62,294 nt of DNA from an uncultured Clostridia bacterium (GCA_964577435.1 CAZNZD010000003.1:1-62294), one strand, 5' to 3'; shown: positions 48,735 to 59,060, counted from the stretch's first letter. Numbers and translations are program-made. Notes: generated by a model not told the origin, from the letters alone.

Positions 48735-49325
48735 ATGATCATGGATTTGCTGGAAATGCTTGCCGGCGGGCTCATGAACCCCGAGACGCTTAATAAAGTG
48801 GGGGGAAAGGTCCAAGCCAAACCCGACCAGGTCATGCAGATGGCGCAGCTGGCGCTGCCCACGCTTCTTACCGCGATGTCCAGGAACGCCAGCACCCAGG
48901 AGGGGGCGGAATCCCTTTCGAGGGCGCTAGACAGGCACGCCGACGCAAAGGTGGACGATATAGGCAGCTTCTTCGATTCTGTGGACACCGACGATGGCGC
49001 AAAGATACTAAACCACGTGTTCTCCGGAAAGGCCTCGAAAGTGGAAACTGGCATCGCACGCAACACCGGCCTTGACCTAACCCAGGTTACTGGGCTTCTG
49101 ACTCAGTTCGCGCCGCTTCTTCTCGGACTTCTCGGCCAGCAGAAGAAGCGCAACAACATCGGAACCGATGGAATCTCCGGCCTGCTGTCTTCCCTTGCCG
49201 GTTCGGCAAACAAGCTCGGTGGCGGTAACGTGGCAGGGCTTGCGACGAGGCTCCTTGATGCTGACGGAGACGTCGACATCATGGACGACATCGGGGGGCT
49301 TCTAGGTTCTCTGGGAAGGAAGTAG
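48735..49325 (+). CDS. DUF937 family protein
   Basis: ALPTLLTAMSRNAS, DGAKILNHVF, LLTQFAPLLLGLLG, LLDADGD. Confidence 0.82.
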   Translation: MIMDLLEMLAGGLMNPETLNKVGGKVQAKPDQVMQMAQLALPTLLTAMSRNASTQEGAESLSRALDRHADAKVDDIGSFFDSVDTDDGAKILNHVFSGKASKVETGIARNTGLDLTQVTGLLTQFAPLLLGLLGQQKKRNNIGTDGISGLLSSLAGSANKLGGGNVAGLATRLLDADGDVDIMDDIGGLLGSLGRK

Positions 49326-49329
49326 CCGC

Positions 49330-49548
49330 GTGAAAGAGGTTGAAGTCGATGCCCGCGGACTTGACAGGAAGCTGGCGGGAGAGATCGTCAGGCGGGCCAT
49401 CGCCATATCAGGCGTCTGCCCTGTAATAGTGACAGTCGATGCGGGAGAACCGGAGGAAGCGGTCCGAAGGGCGGCTGCGTCAAGGAAGCGCAATGTGCTC
49501 CTAAAAGGCTCCGGACAAGGCTTCCTAGTCCTTGAGCTTGTAAGATAG
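49330..49548 (+). CDS. Small TusA/SirA-like protein lacking the CPxP motif
   Basis: EVDARGL start and IVTVD core resemble the TusA fold; 72 aa; GTG start. Confidence 0.45.
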   Translation: MKEVEVDARGLDRKLAGEIVRRAIAISGVCPVIVTVDAGEPEEAVRRAAASRKRNVLLKGSGQGFLVLELVR

Positions 49549-49589
49549 GCACCTGCGCCATGAGGGTCTCTATCCCTTATGGCGCGTTT

Positions 49590-50021
49590 TCATTTCTTCC
49601 TTCCTATCTGATGCTTGGGCGATGCGTTCTTCTTAATATAATCCACCCTGTTTTTGGTCCATTCGGCCATCGAAGCCTCATCGAGATCCTTTAGCGCCAT
49701 CATGGCGCGGACAACGGCCTTGCCCTCGCCGGTGGATGTATCGATTCCTTCCCTCAAGCTGATAAGGTTCGCCCCCTTGGCATCCAGGGCTGCAATGATG
49801 CTTATAAGAAGCTGCGAGGATCCGGCTATCTCGGAGAAAGAGGCCGTGACCAGTGTATCCCCCTCCGCGATGTCCGCCATGAGCCTGTTAAGCCCCGGCC
49901 TGCCTGCCGGATTGGTTGAGCGCTCCTCGATGAAGACCACATCCGAGAGCCCTTTCACCCTATCTGAAGAAGGACTCGACCCGCCTGCCTCAGCCTCCCT
50001 GATATAGCCCAACCTGGCCAT
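49590..50021 (-). CDS. Resolvase/serine recombinase catalytic-domain homolog, apparently inactive, no HTH
   Basis: GYIR, RPGLNRL, EGDTLV, LISLREGIDTSTGEG; catalytic Ser and the DRLxR motif are replaced. Confidence 0.75.
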   Translation of the reverse strand: MARLGYIREAEAGGSSPSSDRVKGLSDVVFIEERSTNPAGRPGLNRLMADIAEGDTLVTASFSEIAGSSQLLISIIAALDAKGANLISLREGIDTSTGEGKAVVRAMMALKDLDEASMAEWTKNRVDYIKKNASPKHQIGRKK

Positions 50022-50318
50022 TGCCCCAGCCTCCCCGCTTCTTGATTAATCATTCCCCTGCCTCCATGATACTACTGACCGGCATAGAGCTCCTATGTCA
50101 GGGCACGATGATTAGTGCAGCCGGAGACTCCTTACATGGAACCTTCGTCCCCCATGCAAGCGTTTGGCTTCCTGGGGCCTCTGGGTGGCATACAGGATGG
50201 GGCGCCTGGTTGGCATGACGGCAAAGCGGAAGTATCATTGTCTGGTGCCTTCTCAATCGCCTAAGGTGTTATGCCTGCCGCACAAGGGAAAGGCGTCCAT
50301 CACTTCGGGGAGGACAGC

Positions 50319-51455
50319 ATGGAGTTCAAGGGAATCAGGGCGCAGTACGAAGCCCTTAAAGATAGTATCGAGCCCGCTGCATTGTCCGCACTATTGCAGG
50401 GAGATTACATACTAGGCGCCCAGGTAGAAAAGCTCGAGCATGAGCTGGCTTCATATGCAGGAAGGCAGCATTGCGTGGCGTGCGGCAACGGGACGGATGC
50501 GCTTATTCTGGCTATGATGCTTAAGGGCATAGGTTCCGGCGACGGAGTCCTTATGCCCGCCTTCACGTGTTTTGCTCCTGCGGCCGCCGTACTGGCCAGG
50601 GCGGCGGTGCCCATCCTCGTGGATATCGATGCGGAGACGTTCAATATGTCACCGAAGTCTCTTGAGAATGCCATAGGCGAAGCCATGGCAGATGGTTCCA
50701 CTTTGCCAAAGGCGGCCTTAGTCATCGACATGTTCGGCCTACCTGCTGATTTCCCTAAGATCGACAGTATCGTAAGAAGCCATGGTTTAGTTCTTATAGA
50801 GGATGCCGCGCAGGGTTTGGGGGGCAGCATCGGCGGGAGGATGGCCTGCTCCTTCGGCGACCTGGCGATAACCTCTTTCTATCCCGGAAAGCCCCTCAGC
50901 TGCGCAGGAGATGGCGGCGCCGTTTTCACGGACTCCGACGAGGACGCGTCGGCACTGCGCTCTCTAAGGGCCTTCGGTAGTACAGGTGAGGACAGGTATG
51001 TGAACGTAAGGGCCGGCGTGAATTCCAGGCTGGATACTGTGCAGGCAGCTATCCTGCTTGAGAAGCTTGGGCCATTCAGGGAGGCGGAGCTTCCCAAAAT
51101 GTCCTCGATAGCCTCGATATACGGGGATTCTCTGAGGGACTTCGTGAAGGTGCCGAGGGTGCCTGAAGGATTCTCCACCAGCTGGGCGCAGTATACGATT
51201 ATGACGGGGAGCCGGAGCGAGAGGGACGGGCTTAAGCGCCACCTTGACCGGCTCGGGGTGCCGTCCGTGGTGCATTATCCTTTGCCTTTGCATCTTCAGG
51301 GGGCGATGAGCGGCAAGTTCGCACGGCCGGTAAGCCTTGCGGAATCCGAAAGGGCTGCAGCTTGCTCATTATCCCTTCCGATCCACGCCTACCTGAGCGA
51401 CTGCGACATAGACGCCGTCATCGGTGCCGTCATCAGCTATTACCGCAGCAGGTAG
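50319..51455 (+). CDS. DegT/DnrJ/EryC1/StrS aminotransferase
   Basis: NGTDALILA, IEDAAQGLG, TSFYPGKPL (PLP Lys), GDGGAV, NSRLDTVQAAIL. Confidence 0.92.
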   Translation: MEFKGIRAQYEALKDSIEPAALSALLQGDYILGAQVEKLEHELASYAGRQHCVACGNGTDALILAMMLKGIGSGDGVLMPAFTCFAPAAAVLARAAVPILVDIDAETFNMSPKSLENAIGEAMADGSTLPKAALVIDMFGLPADFPKIDSIVRSHGLVLIEDAAQGLGGSIGGRMACSFGDLAITSFYPGKPLSCAGDGGAVFTDSDEDASALRSLRAFGSTGEDRYVNVRAGVNSRLDTVQAAILLEKLGPFREAELPKMSSIASIYGDSLRDFVKVPRVPEGFSTSWAQYTIMTGSRSERDGLKRHLDRLGVPSVVHYPLPLHLQGAMSGKFARPVSLAESERAAACSLSLPIHAYLSDCDIDAVIGAVISYYRSR

Positions 51456-51474
51456 TCCTGTAAAAGCATGAAAA

Positions 51475-51549
51475 TGGAGCGGATGACGGGATTCGAACCC
51501 GCGACACATGGCTTGGGAAGCCATTGCCCTACCACTGGGCTACATCCGC
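51475..51549 (-). tRNA. tRNA-Gly(CCC)
   Basis: gcggatg acceptor stem, atggc-tt-CCC-aa-gccat anticodon arm, TTCGAAT, encoded CCA. Confidence 0.95.
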
Positions 51550-51676
51550 TCGGCAGAAGATATTATAGACCCTGGACTGCCATCGAGGCAAGGTGCGAGC
51601 GTTGGCGAAACAGGCGGCAGAATCCTATTGGTCCGCTTCCCCTGCTGTTCCGCCTCACACCTTTCGAAGCTCCCGT

Positions 51677-52654
51677 TCATCCCACAATAACGTTCTTTCC
51701 CTTCCTTTTGGCCTCCAGAAGGTTCAGATCAGCTGAGTGGACGAAGCTTGCCAGCTCGCCTCCCTCGTATTGCTTTACTCCCCCGCTTACTGTCACCCTG
51801 ATGCCCTCAGCGAAGCCATGGGATTCGAGGGCCTTTCTTATCCGATCCGAGATCTTCCATGCCCCGTCCAGCTTAGTGTCGGGGAAGACCACCATGAACT
51901 CCTCCCCGCCGTATCTTCCGGGGAAGTCGGAGCCTCTTATGCTGCCCCTGATGATCTCAGCGAAGCCAGCCAGCACCTGGTCTCCGTAGATGTGCCCCCT
52001 GCTGTCGTTCACCTTCTTGAAATCATCTATGTCGAACATGGCGATCGAAAGCGGCCTTTTTGTCCTCTGGGCCTCCATGATCTCAGATTTAAGGTGCTCC
52101 AGCAGGGTCCGGTGATTGAACACCTTGGTAAGCCCGTCCATTGCGGCCATATTGGCAAGAATCTCGTTCTTCGCCGCAAGTTCGGTCTCCACGCTCTTCC
52201 TTTCGGTTACATCGAATACGATTCCGGCCAGAAACTGCGGCTTGCCCTCAGAGTCGTATTGCGTGATCTTGCCGCGGTCGTAATACCATCTGTAGGTTCC
52301 GTCCTTAGCGCGTATCCTGTACTCCGCCTCATATACGGCGGCCCTGCCGTAGAGGTGGGCACGCATCGCCTCCATCGCACCCTCCAGGTCTTCAGGGTGA
52401 AGCTTATCGGTAAAGTACTGGTAGTCGACGCGATCCGGCACCTCCCCCCTGTCATATCCAAGCGTAGTCACCTTGAGGGGGTTGAAGGTCACCGTGTTGG
52501 TTTTCACGTCCCAAAACCAATGGCCGAGGTTGCCTGTCCATGCATATTCCAGCTTTACCTCTAGTTCGTCCTCCCTCAGAAGCTCCCGGTTGAGCCTTTC
52601 GAGCTCCTCTATCCGCTCCATCAGCTGCTTTCTTACGCGCTCGCAGTCGTCCAA
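51677..52654 (-). CDS. PAS-GGDEF diguanylate cyclase
   Basis: PAS_3 (LHPED, YRIRAKDGTYRW); DGLT, DIDDFKKVNDSRGHIYGD, I-site RGSD, GGEEF. Confidence 0.92.
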   Translation of the reverse strand: MDDCERVRKQLMERIEELERLNRELLREDELEVKLEYAWTGNLGHWFWDVKTNTVTFNPLKVTTLGYDRGEVPDRVDYQYFTDKLHPEDLEGAMEAMRAHLYGRAAVYEAEYRIRAKDGTYRWYYDRGKITQYDSEGKPQFLAGIVFDVTERKSVETELAAKNEILANMAAMDGLTKVFNHRTLLEHLKSEIMEAQRTKRPLSIAMFDIDDFKKVNDSRGHIYGDQVLAGFAEIIRGSIRGSDFPGRYGGEEFMVVFPDTKLDGAWKISDRIRKALESHGFAEGIRVTVSGGVKQYEGGELASFVHSADLNLLEAKRKGKNVIVG

Positions 52655-52897
52655 GTCCCCAGCCCCCCATCGGTCCTTATGTGCTGCTTACGGCTTATGC
52701 AAACAGGTTTGCACAATGACCGTATTCTACACGCACCTTCCATATCCTTGCATTGACGGATGCTCATCATGCACTTTAAAAGCGTTTGGCTGTTCTCCAT
52801 GACGATGAAGCGGGGCTGCGGCGGCGCCGACAGTGTATGCCTTCTGGCTTCTGGCATGCTGCCTTTCGGGCAACCCGGATCATGTGGACCGAAGGGA

Positions 52898-52925
52898 AAC
52901 TGAAGCCCGCCTACTTCGGCGGGCT
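52898..52925 (-). terminator. Terminator downstream of tRNA-Asp
   Basis: agcccgcc-tacttc-ggcgggct; on the minus strand followed by tcagttt. Confidence 0.6.
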
Positions 52926-52949
52926 GTTATAGGATATTGCCAACAAATA

Positions 52950-53026
52950 TGGCGGAAGCGACGGGAGTCGAACCCGCGGTCTCCTGCGTGACAGGCAGGC
53001 ATGTTGGACCACTACACCACGCCTCC
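52950..53026 (-). tRNA. tRNA-Asp(GTC)
   Basis: ggaggcg/cgcttcc acceptor stem, cctgc-ct-GTC-ac-gcagg anticodon arm, TTCGACT, encoded CCA. Confidence 0.95.
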
Positions 53027-53148
53027 GCATTGCACGAGTATTATACAATAATATGCGCAAGCAGGGAACAGGGAAGGAAAACGCATTCGCATATAGTATA
53101 TTCACTTAAAGGTATCTCAATGCCCGAAATGACGGAAAGGCGAAGGCC

Positions 53149-55257
53149 ATGAACGAGAAGAATGTTACGCCCATATTCACGAATGTTGATCTTCCTGGGT
53201 TGATCAACGTTTTCGGCTACTTCAATCAGCCCGCTGTCATCCTGGGCAAGAAGGAATCAACCGTCGAATGGATCAGCCCCTCAATGGCGGAGGAGCTTGG
53301 CCTCGGTGAGAAAGAAGTCGTGGGCAAGCCTTGTGACAGGCTGTTGGGTCCTGACGGCCTTCCGATCTGCCCTTCGGTTACGCAGCATGACGACCAGGGA
53401 AGCATCGGCGAAGGTTTAATCGCGGGGTTCTCAGGCAAGCCTTCCGTTACGAGGAAGCAACTGCGCTTCGTTTGCTCAGGTGAGGAGTACCTGCTTGTTA
53501 CCTACAACAGCCACGCGACTGCAGAAAATGCAGCACAGGAGCCCAATTCAGAAAGCAGGGTGGAAGGCGCGTTTCATAACCTTCTGCTTGGCGCCGATGG
53601 GCGCATACAGCATGCAAGCAGATCGTTTGCCGACCTTATCGGCGAAAGCGGGGATTCGCTTGTCGGCAGAAGCCTGACGGATTTCATACCCGAAGACCTG
53701 GCTAAGATGGCTGCCATCGAGCTAAGGGAGCTCCTAGGAACCAGCCCCAGGACATTCGACCTTCCCTTGAGATCAGGACCTGACAGAAGAAGCTGGTTCC
53801 AGGCTTATTGCACACAAATCGGGACCGATTCCTACATGATGAACCTGAGGACGATGGATCCAAGCAGCCGTAGCTCTGAAGGGGGGCTTGGGGCGGCAAT
53901 TCTTGAGCAGCTGTTCGAGAACTACCCTATGGCTATTATGCTTGCCGAGAACGATGGCTCGATCATCAACGTCAACAGGGCCTGCACTAATATGTTCGGT
54001 TACGAGAAATCCGAATTCATCGGCCTTAAGGCGGATGATCTCATCGTGCCCGAAGATGAGCAGGACACGGCAGCAGAGCTGACGCGCAAGAGCGCCTTGG
54101 GTCATGCCCTTTCGGCGGCGGGTAAAAGGAGAAGGAAGGACGGCAGGCTCCTGGATGTGAACTTCGTCGGGCTCCCCATAACCTATAAGGAGCAGGAGGT
54201 CGCCTTCTTTGCCATATACCAGGACATAAGCGAGAGCAAGCTGTTCGAGGAGGAACTGACGAAGGCCTTCGCATTTGTAAGGTCCCTTTTCGAGGTAGCC
54301 CCTGACGGCATCTTCTATAAGGACACAGAGGGCAGGTTCCAGATGGTAAGCAAGACCCTTGCGGACAGGCGCGGCCTTCCACCGTCGCAGCTTGTCGGGA
54401 TGACCTACTACGACATACTGCCGAAAAGAAACGCCGACAGGCTGAGCGTGCTTGATAAGAAGGTACTGGAGGGCGTCGAGAACATCGTCATCGAAGACAG
54501 GCTGCCGACTCTGACAGGCGAAAGGGATTTCGAGATAACCCTCTCCCCCGTTAAAGACAATGCAGGCAAGATCACCGGCATAATCGGAATGAGCCATGAC
54601 ATCACCGACCGCAAGAGCACGGAAAGGCTGGTACGCGACGTAAACGAGAGGCTGATAAACCAGGTCAAGCAGCTTGAGCGGACATGGATGCAGACCATCA
54701 GCGTCCTTGCCACCGCATCTGAAGCCCGCGACCTATATACTGCAGGGCACCAGAGAAGGGTGGCCCAGCTAGCCAAAGCTATAGGAGGCAAGCTCGGGCT
54801 CTCCGCAGATACCCTCAAGGGCCTTGAACTGGCAGGCATAGTGCATGACATAGGAAAGATCGACATACCGATCGAAATTCTCACCAAGCCCGGAAGGCTG
54901 GAGGAGGTCGAAATGGAGATCCTGAGGACGCACAGCGAGATGAGCTGGCGGATACTTAAGGACATCGATTTCCCGTGGCCTCTTGCAGAGATTGCCTACC
55001 AGCACCATGAGAGGATAGATGGTTCAGGCTATCCCAACAGGCTTAAGGGGGATCAGATCCTTAAAGAGGCCAGGATACTTGCCGTCGCAGACGTGGTTGA
55101 GGCCATGTCCTCCAACAGGCCCTACAGGCCGGCGCTGGGCATCAAGGCCGCGCTTGATGAGATCGCCTCCAAATCGGCCATCACCTTCGACAGGGATGTA
55201 GTTGAAGCCTGCGTCTCCGTTTTTACCAAGGAAGGTTTCGAGTTCATCGCTTTGTAA
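53149..55257 (+). CDS. Multi-PAS HD-GYP phosphodiesterase (cytoplasmic)
   Basis: Several PAS domains; YTAGHQRRV, HDIGK, HHERIDGSGYP, RPYR. Confidence 0.92.
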   Translation: MNEKNVTPIFTNVDLPGLINVFGYFNQPAVILGKKESTVEWISPSMAEELGLGEKEVVGKPCDRLLGPDGLPICPSVTQHDDQGSIGEGLIAGFSGKPSVTRKQLRFVCSGEEYLLVTYNSHATAENAAQEPNSESRVEGAFHNLLLGADGRIQHASRSFADLIGESGDSLVGRSLTDFIPEDLAKMAAIELRELLGTSPRTFDLPLRSGPDRRSWFQAYCTQIGTDSYMMNLRTMDPSSRSSEGGLGAAILEQLFENYPMAIMLAENDGSIINVNRACTNMFGYEKSEFIGLKADDLIVPEDEQDTAAELTRKSALGHALSAAGKRRRKDGRLLDVNFVGLPITYKEQEVAFFAIYQDISESKLFEEELTKAFAFVRSLFEVAPDGIFYKDTEGRFQMVSKTLADRRGLPPSQLVGMTYYDILPKRNADRLSVLDKKVLEGVENIVIEDRLPTLTGERDFEITLSPVKDNAGKITGIIGMSHDITDRKSTERLVRDVNERLINQVKQLERTWMQTISVLATASEARDLYTAGHQRRVAQLAKAIGGKLGLSADTLKGLELAGIVHDIGKIDIPIEILTKPGRLEEVEMEILRTHSEMSWRILKDIDFPWPLAEIAYQHHERIDGSGYPNRLKGDQILKEARILAVADVVEAMSSNRPYRPALGIKAALDEIASKSAITFDRDVVEACVSVFTKEGFEFIAL

Positions 55258-55287
55258 CGTCATCCGCCTTAGGGCGATGGAGGCTGC

Positions 55288-58200
55288 ATGCTAGAGAGAA
55301 TAAAATCCCACGTCATATGGGGGATCTCGGCGATAGCCATCATGTCGGCAATCGTCCTTATTAGCCTTCAAGGAAGTGTAGACACTCATATCTTCTTCGG
55401 GTTCTGTTCGATGGCCATCGCGATAATCGCTATGCTGACCCTCTATTACCTGAACCGCAACAGCAGGGACGTCTATACCTACTCCCTTCTTACGGCAGCC
55501 ACTGCAACCTGGCTGTCCATCTTCATACACCTGCTCAGCGAGATGGGCTACCTCGGCTTCCTCAGATACTCGGCACAATCGGGCATGCAGATCCAATATG
55601 TGACCAGAACCGCCCAGAGCTTCGTAATCCTTGCCTATATGGCTCTAAGGAATAGGGAGGACAGGATCTGGCTGATGCAGCCCATGACTCATACATTCAT
55701 GTTCATCTGCTATGCGCTCATCTATTACGGAGCCTTTCCTCAGATTGTGGACAGCTCATCGAATCCTACTTTCCTCGCTGTATCGTTCAATGTAGTGCAG
55801 CTATTATCGATCTCCGGACTGCTTGCAGTGATTCTAATGAAGAAGTTCCTCAAGCCATACCTGGCGTCGTTCACAGTCGGCGGCCTGCTGCTGATAATCG
55901 GCAGCGCCCTGTCGCTGCTGGGTCTTAGGGCTAAAGACCCCGCCTTCCATGTCGCCGAGTCGCTTTCCTATATGTTCGCCTATCTCGCTTTCTTCATTGG
56001 CTTCACCGTACCGGCCACTAGAGGCAATCTTGAGATGGGACTATTGCCTCTTCTCTCCGACAGGTCCTCGCTGATAACCGCCTTGGCCCATCCTGCCTTC
56101 ATCACCGATCAGGACATGCTCATCGTGTCCGTGAACAGGGAGGCTGAACGATGGCTTGTCAGAAGCCGGATGGATCTCATCGGCAAGCCCCTGTATTCCA
56201 TCCTGCCTGAAGCGGAGCAGCTTCTTAAGGATATGGTCGCGGAGTCGAGGATGACCTCCAAGGAGGCGACAAGGCCCACCCGAAGCTTTGCAGGAAGGTA
56301 TGTGAGCTTCACCCTTTATCCCAGCATCAACCAGAGCAACCAGGCTACCAGGTATACATTCGTGGGTTGGGATGTGACCGGCGAGATAGAGGCCGAGGAG
56401 GGCTTGGAAAGAAGCGAGCGCATGTACAAGAGCCTCTTTCTTAATATCGGCACCGGTTTCATGCTTTACAGGCTGGCAGGAAGCTCCTCCTCCAAGGAGA
56501 TAGAGGTGATCGACGTCAACCCGGCCTTCGAAAGGAATACGGGAGAGAAGGGGCCTTTCCCTGCCGGGAAGAGGCTGAGGGAGGTAACCGGCTTCCTGAA
56601 CGCAGGCTGGTACGACATGATAGTACGGGCGGCCCTGGACAGGCGTTCTGTCGTCATAGACGGCTTCTCCTCAGGTGCACAGAGATGGCTGTCCATCTCC
56701 GCTTTCCCCGTGACGGAAGAGACCCTCGGAATGGTGATCACCGATCAGACCTCGATAAGGAACTTCCAAAGGGAGATATCGGCAAGCGAGCTCAAGTACC
56801 GAAGCCTCGTCGAGGGAATGCCACTGTTCGTCCTTTCCCTTGATTCAGACTTCCGCGTTACTTACATTAATGACTCCTTAAGGGAATCGACCGGCCTTGG
56901 AAGCCCGGAGGAATACCTGGGAAGGGCCATTGATGAGGTCTTCAACCAGGATTACTGCCAGTTGCTCTCCAAGATGCGTAGTAACGTCAGCACAGGTAAT
57001 GAACTGCTCTCCGAAGAGCTTGAGGTATCAGTAAGAGGCAGGGCTTGCTGGCAGAGATGGATAGCGAAGACGGTAAGGGACAACGACGAGACCCTAGGTT
57101 ATATATTCCTCGGCCAGGACATCACCGAGCAGAAGGAGGCCGCGCAAAGCATATCGCTGTCTGAGGAGCGCTTCAGGACCCTCTTCATGGACAACTACCT
57201 GCCCATGCTGATTGTTGATCCTGAGGACCTTACCATACTTATGGCCAACAAGGCGTCCCAGTCCTTCTACGGCTTCTCAGAGAAGGACCTTGTTGGAAGA
57301 TCCCTGATAAGCTTCTCATCGGCGGGAGATTCAGACAGCATACGGCTTATGGCCAAATCAACGAGAGATTCCGGCTTTGGCTCGATGCCGTTAAGGCAGC
57401 TGGCGCATGGCGGCTCAATCAAGGACGTCGACCTCTTTGCCAGCACGCTTTTCCTCGCCGATAAGATGGTGCTTTCCTTCACTGTCAACGATGTGTCGGA
57501 GCGCAGGCAGATGGAAGACAGGCTGGAAAAGGAGAGGACCTACCTTGACAGCCTGTTCGAGAACAATCCTGACGCGGTGGCCGTTGTTGACGGCAGCTTC
57601 AGAGTGACCCGTTCGAATATCGCTTTCAGGAAGCTCTTCGAACTTTCCGGAAGACCGATCGTCGGCGAGAAGATGTCAGAGCTCATTGGCAGCAGGCACA
57701 ATGCGCAGGATATTGAGGATAATATCAGGGAATCCCTTGAGGGAAACCAGCTTGACTTCACGGCAAGAAGACAGAAACAGGACGGGACTTCTATACCGGT
57801 CCGCGTGATCTGCATCCCGATGACGCTTTCGGATGGCTCCAGGAACGTCTATGCAATCTACCATGACCTCTCAGAGCTGGCTCAGAGCCAGGAGATGCTG
57901 GGGCTTGCCAATGAAGTGGTTAAAGAAAGCCCGGCGGTGCTTTTCAAATGGGCAAATCAGACCGACTGGCCCATAGAGTACGTGTCGGCAAACGTATCCC
58001 GCTGGGGCTACAATCCTGACGACCTTCTGGGGCGAAAGCTCAGGTTCTCCGAGCTTGTGGAGGAGGAGGACCTGGTCAGGGTAACTAAAGAAGTCGAAGA
58101 TAACCTCAAGAAGGGTATTTCAGAATACGTCCAGGAGTACAGGCTCAGGAAGGCAGACGGGCAGTTCATATGGGTCGAGGACCATACGAGGATAGTCAGC

Positions 58201-58878
58201 TCTCCTGAAGGTGAGATCCTTGGCATCCAAGGCGTCATAATCGACAACAATGAGAAGAAGCTTGCTGAGATCGAAAGGATCAAAACTCACGAGGAGCTTA
58301 AGCTAGCTTGGAATAAGAGCCTTGACGTCCTCTCATCCATAACCGAATTCAAGGACCCTTACACCGCCGGGCATCAGAGGGGGGTCGCCGAGATCGCAGA
58401 GAGCATAGCAAGGCACATGGGCTTCTCGGAGGGCAGGATAGAGGCCATCTCCAAGTCCGCGCTAGTCCACGATATCGGCAAGCTGCACATCCCAGCCGAC
58501 ATACTTAACAGGCCCAGGGCTCTTACCCCTCTTGAATACAAGCTTGTTAAGATGCATTGCCAATCGGGAAGGGATATCCTCTCAAACATCAAGCTTCCGT
58601 GGCCTCTTGCGGAAATCGTCTATCAGCACCATGAAAGGATGGACGGAAGTGGTTACCCAAGGGGGCTTAAGGGTGATGAGATCCTCCTAGAGGCGAGGAT
58701 TATAGCGGTCTCGGACATAGTCGACGCGATGACTTCCCACAGGCCGTACAGACCTGCCTGCTCGCTTTCCGATGCGTTGAAGGAGATCATGATGCTTAGG
58801 GGCACCTCCTTGGATACTGATGTCGTAGATGCCTGCATAGGAGCCTACAAAGACAAGGGTGTCAGCCCTGCCGCCTGA
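55288..58878 (+). CDS. Membrane sensor (MASE3-like) multi-PAS HD-GYP phosphodiesterase
   Basis: About 7 N-terminal TM helices with MASE3-like spacing; about five PAS domains; HDIGK, HHERMDGSGYP, HRPYR. Confidence 0.88.
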   Translation: MLERIKSHVIWGISAIAIMSAIVLISLQGSVDTHIFFGFCSMAIAIIAMLTLYYLNRNSRDVYTYSLLTAATATWLSIFIHLLSEMGYLGFLRYSAQSGMQIQYVTRTAQSFVILAYMALRNREDRIWLMQPMTHTFMFICYALIYYGAFPQIVDSSSNPTFLAVSFNVVQLLSISGLLAVILMKKFLKPYLASFTVGGLLLIIGSALSLLGLRAKDPAFHVAESLSYMFAYLAFFIGFTVPATRGNLEMGLLPLLSDRSSLITALAHPAFITDQDMLIVSVNREAERWLVRSRMDLIGKPLYSILPEAEQLLKDMVAESRMTSKEATRPTRSFAGRYVSFTLYPSINQSNQATRYTFVGWDVTGEIEAEEGLERSERMYKSLFLNIGTGFMLYRLAGSSSSKEIEVIDVNPAFERNTGEKGPFPAGKRLREVTGFLNAGWYDMIVRAALDRRSVVIDGFSSGAQRWLSISAFPVTEETLGMVITDQTSIRNFQREISASELKYRSLVEGMPLFVLSLDSDFRVTYINDSLRESTGLGSPEEYLGRAIDEVFNQDYCQLLSKMRSNVSTGNELLSEELEVSVRGRACWQRWIAKTVRDNDETLGYIFLGQDITEQKEAAQSISLSEERFRTLFMDNYLPMLIVDPEDLTILMANKASQSFYGFSEKDLVGRSLISFSSAGDSDSIRLMAKSTRDSGFGSMPLRQLAHGGSIKDVDLFASTLFLADKMVLSFTVNDVSERRQMEDRLEKERTYLDSLFENNPDAVAVVDGSFRVTRSNIAFRKLFELSGRPIVGEKMSELIGSRHNAQDIEDNIRESLEGNQLDFTARRQKQDGTSIPVRVICIPMTLSDGSRNVYAIYHDLSELAQSQEMLGLANEVVKESPAVLFKWANQTDWPIEYVSANVSRWGYNPDDLLGRKLRFSELVEEEDLVRVTKEVEDNLKKGISEYVQEYRLRKADGQFIWVEDHTRIVSSPEGEILGIQGVIIDNNEKKLAEIERIKTHEELKLAWNKSLDVLSSITEFKDPYTAGHQRGVAEIAESIARHMGFSEGRIEAISKSALVHDIGKLHIPADILNRPRALTPLEYKLVKMHCQSGRDILSNIKLPWPLAEIVYQHHERMDGSGYPRGLKGDEILLEARIIAVSDIVDAMTSHRPYRPACSLSDALKEIMMLRGTSLDTDVVDACIGAYKDKGVSPAA

Positions 58879-58912
58879 GAAGGGGGAGGCTTATGCAGAG
58901 TCTGGGCTGATA

Positions 58913-58958
58913 AAAGAGAGCTGAGGAAGCTTCGTGAATGGAAGCTTCCTCAGCTTTT
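58913..58958. terminator. Bidirectional intrinsic terminator
   Basis: aaaagag-agctgaggaagcttc-gtgaatg-gaagcttcctcagct-ttt. Confidence 0.8.
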
Positions 58959-59060
58959 AGAATGCCTTATTTAAGCATCTGTACCGCTCTTCTTACCAGT
59001 CCGACATGTTAATTGCGCACTATCCTCTGGTTTCATCACAATGCCGCTTAGTGCTCCTAC

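Noticed and set aside
50022-50318. Small ORFs or ncRNA in the ~300-bp gap between the resolvase homolog and DegT
   Set aside because: The short ORFs lack SDs or motifs and no convincing RNA structure was seen; most likely a divergent promoter region.
47503-51549. Integrated element between tRNA-Thr and tRNA-Gly (accessory genes plus a resolvase homolog)
   Set aside because: No duplicated tRNA 3' end (att site) seen, no integrase or transposase, and the resolvase is non-catalytic.
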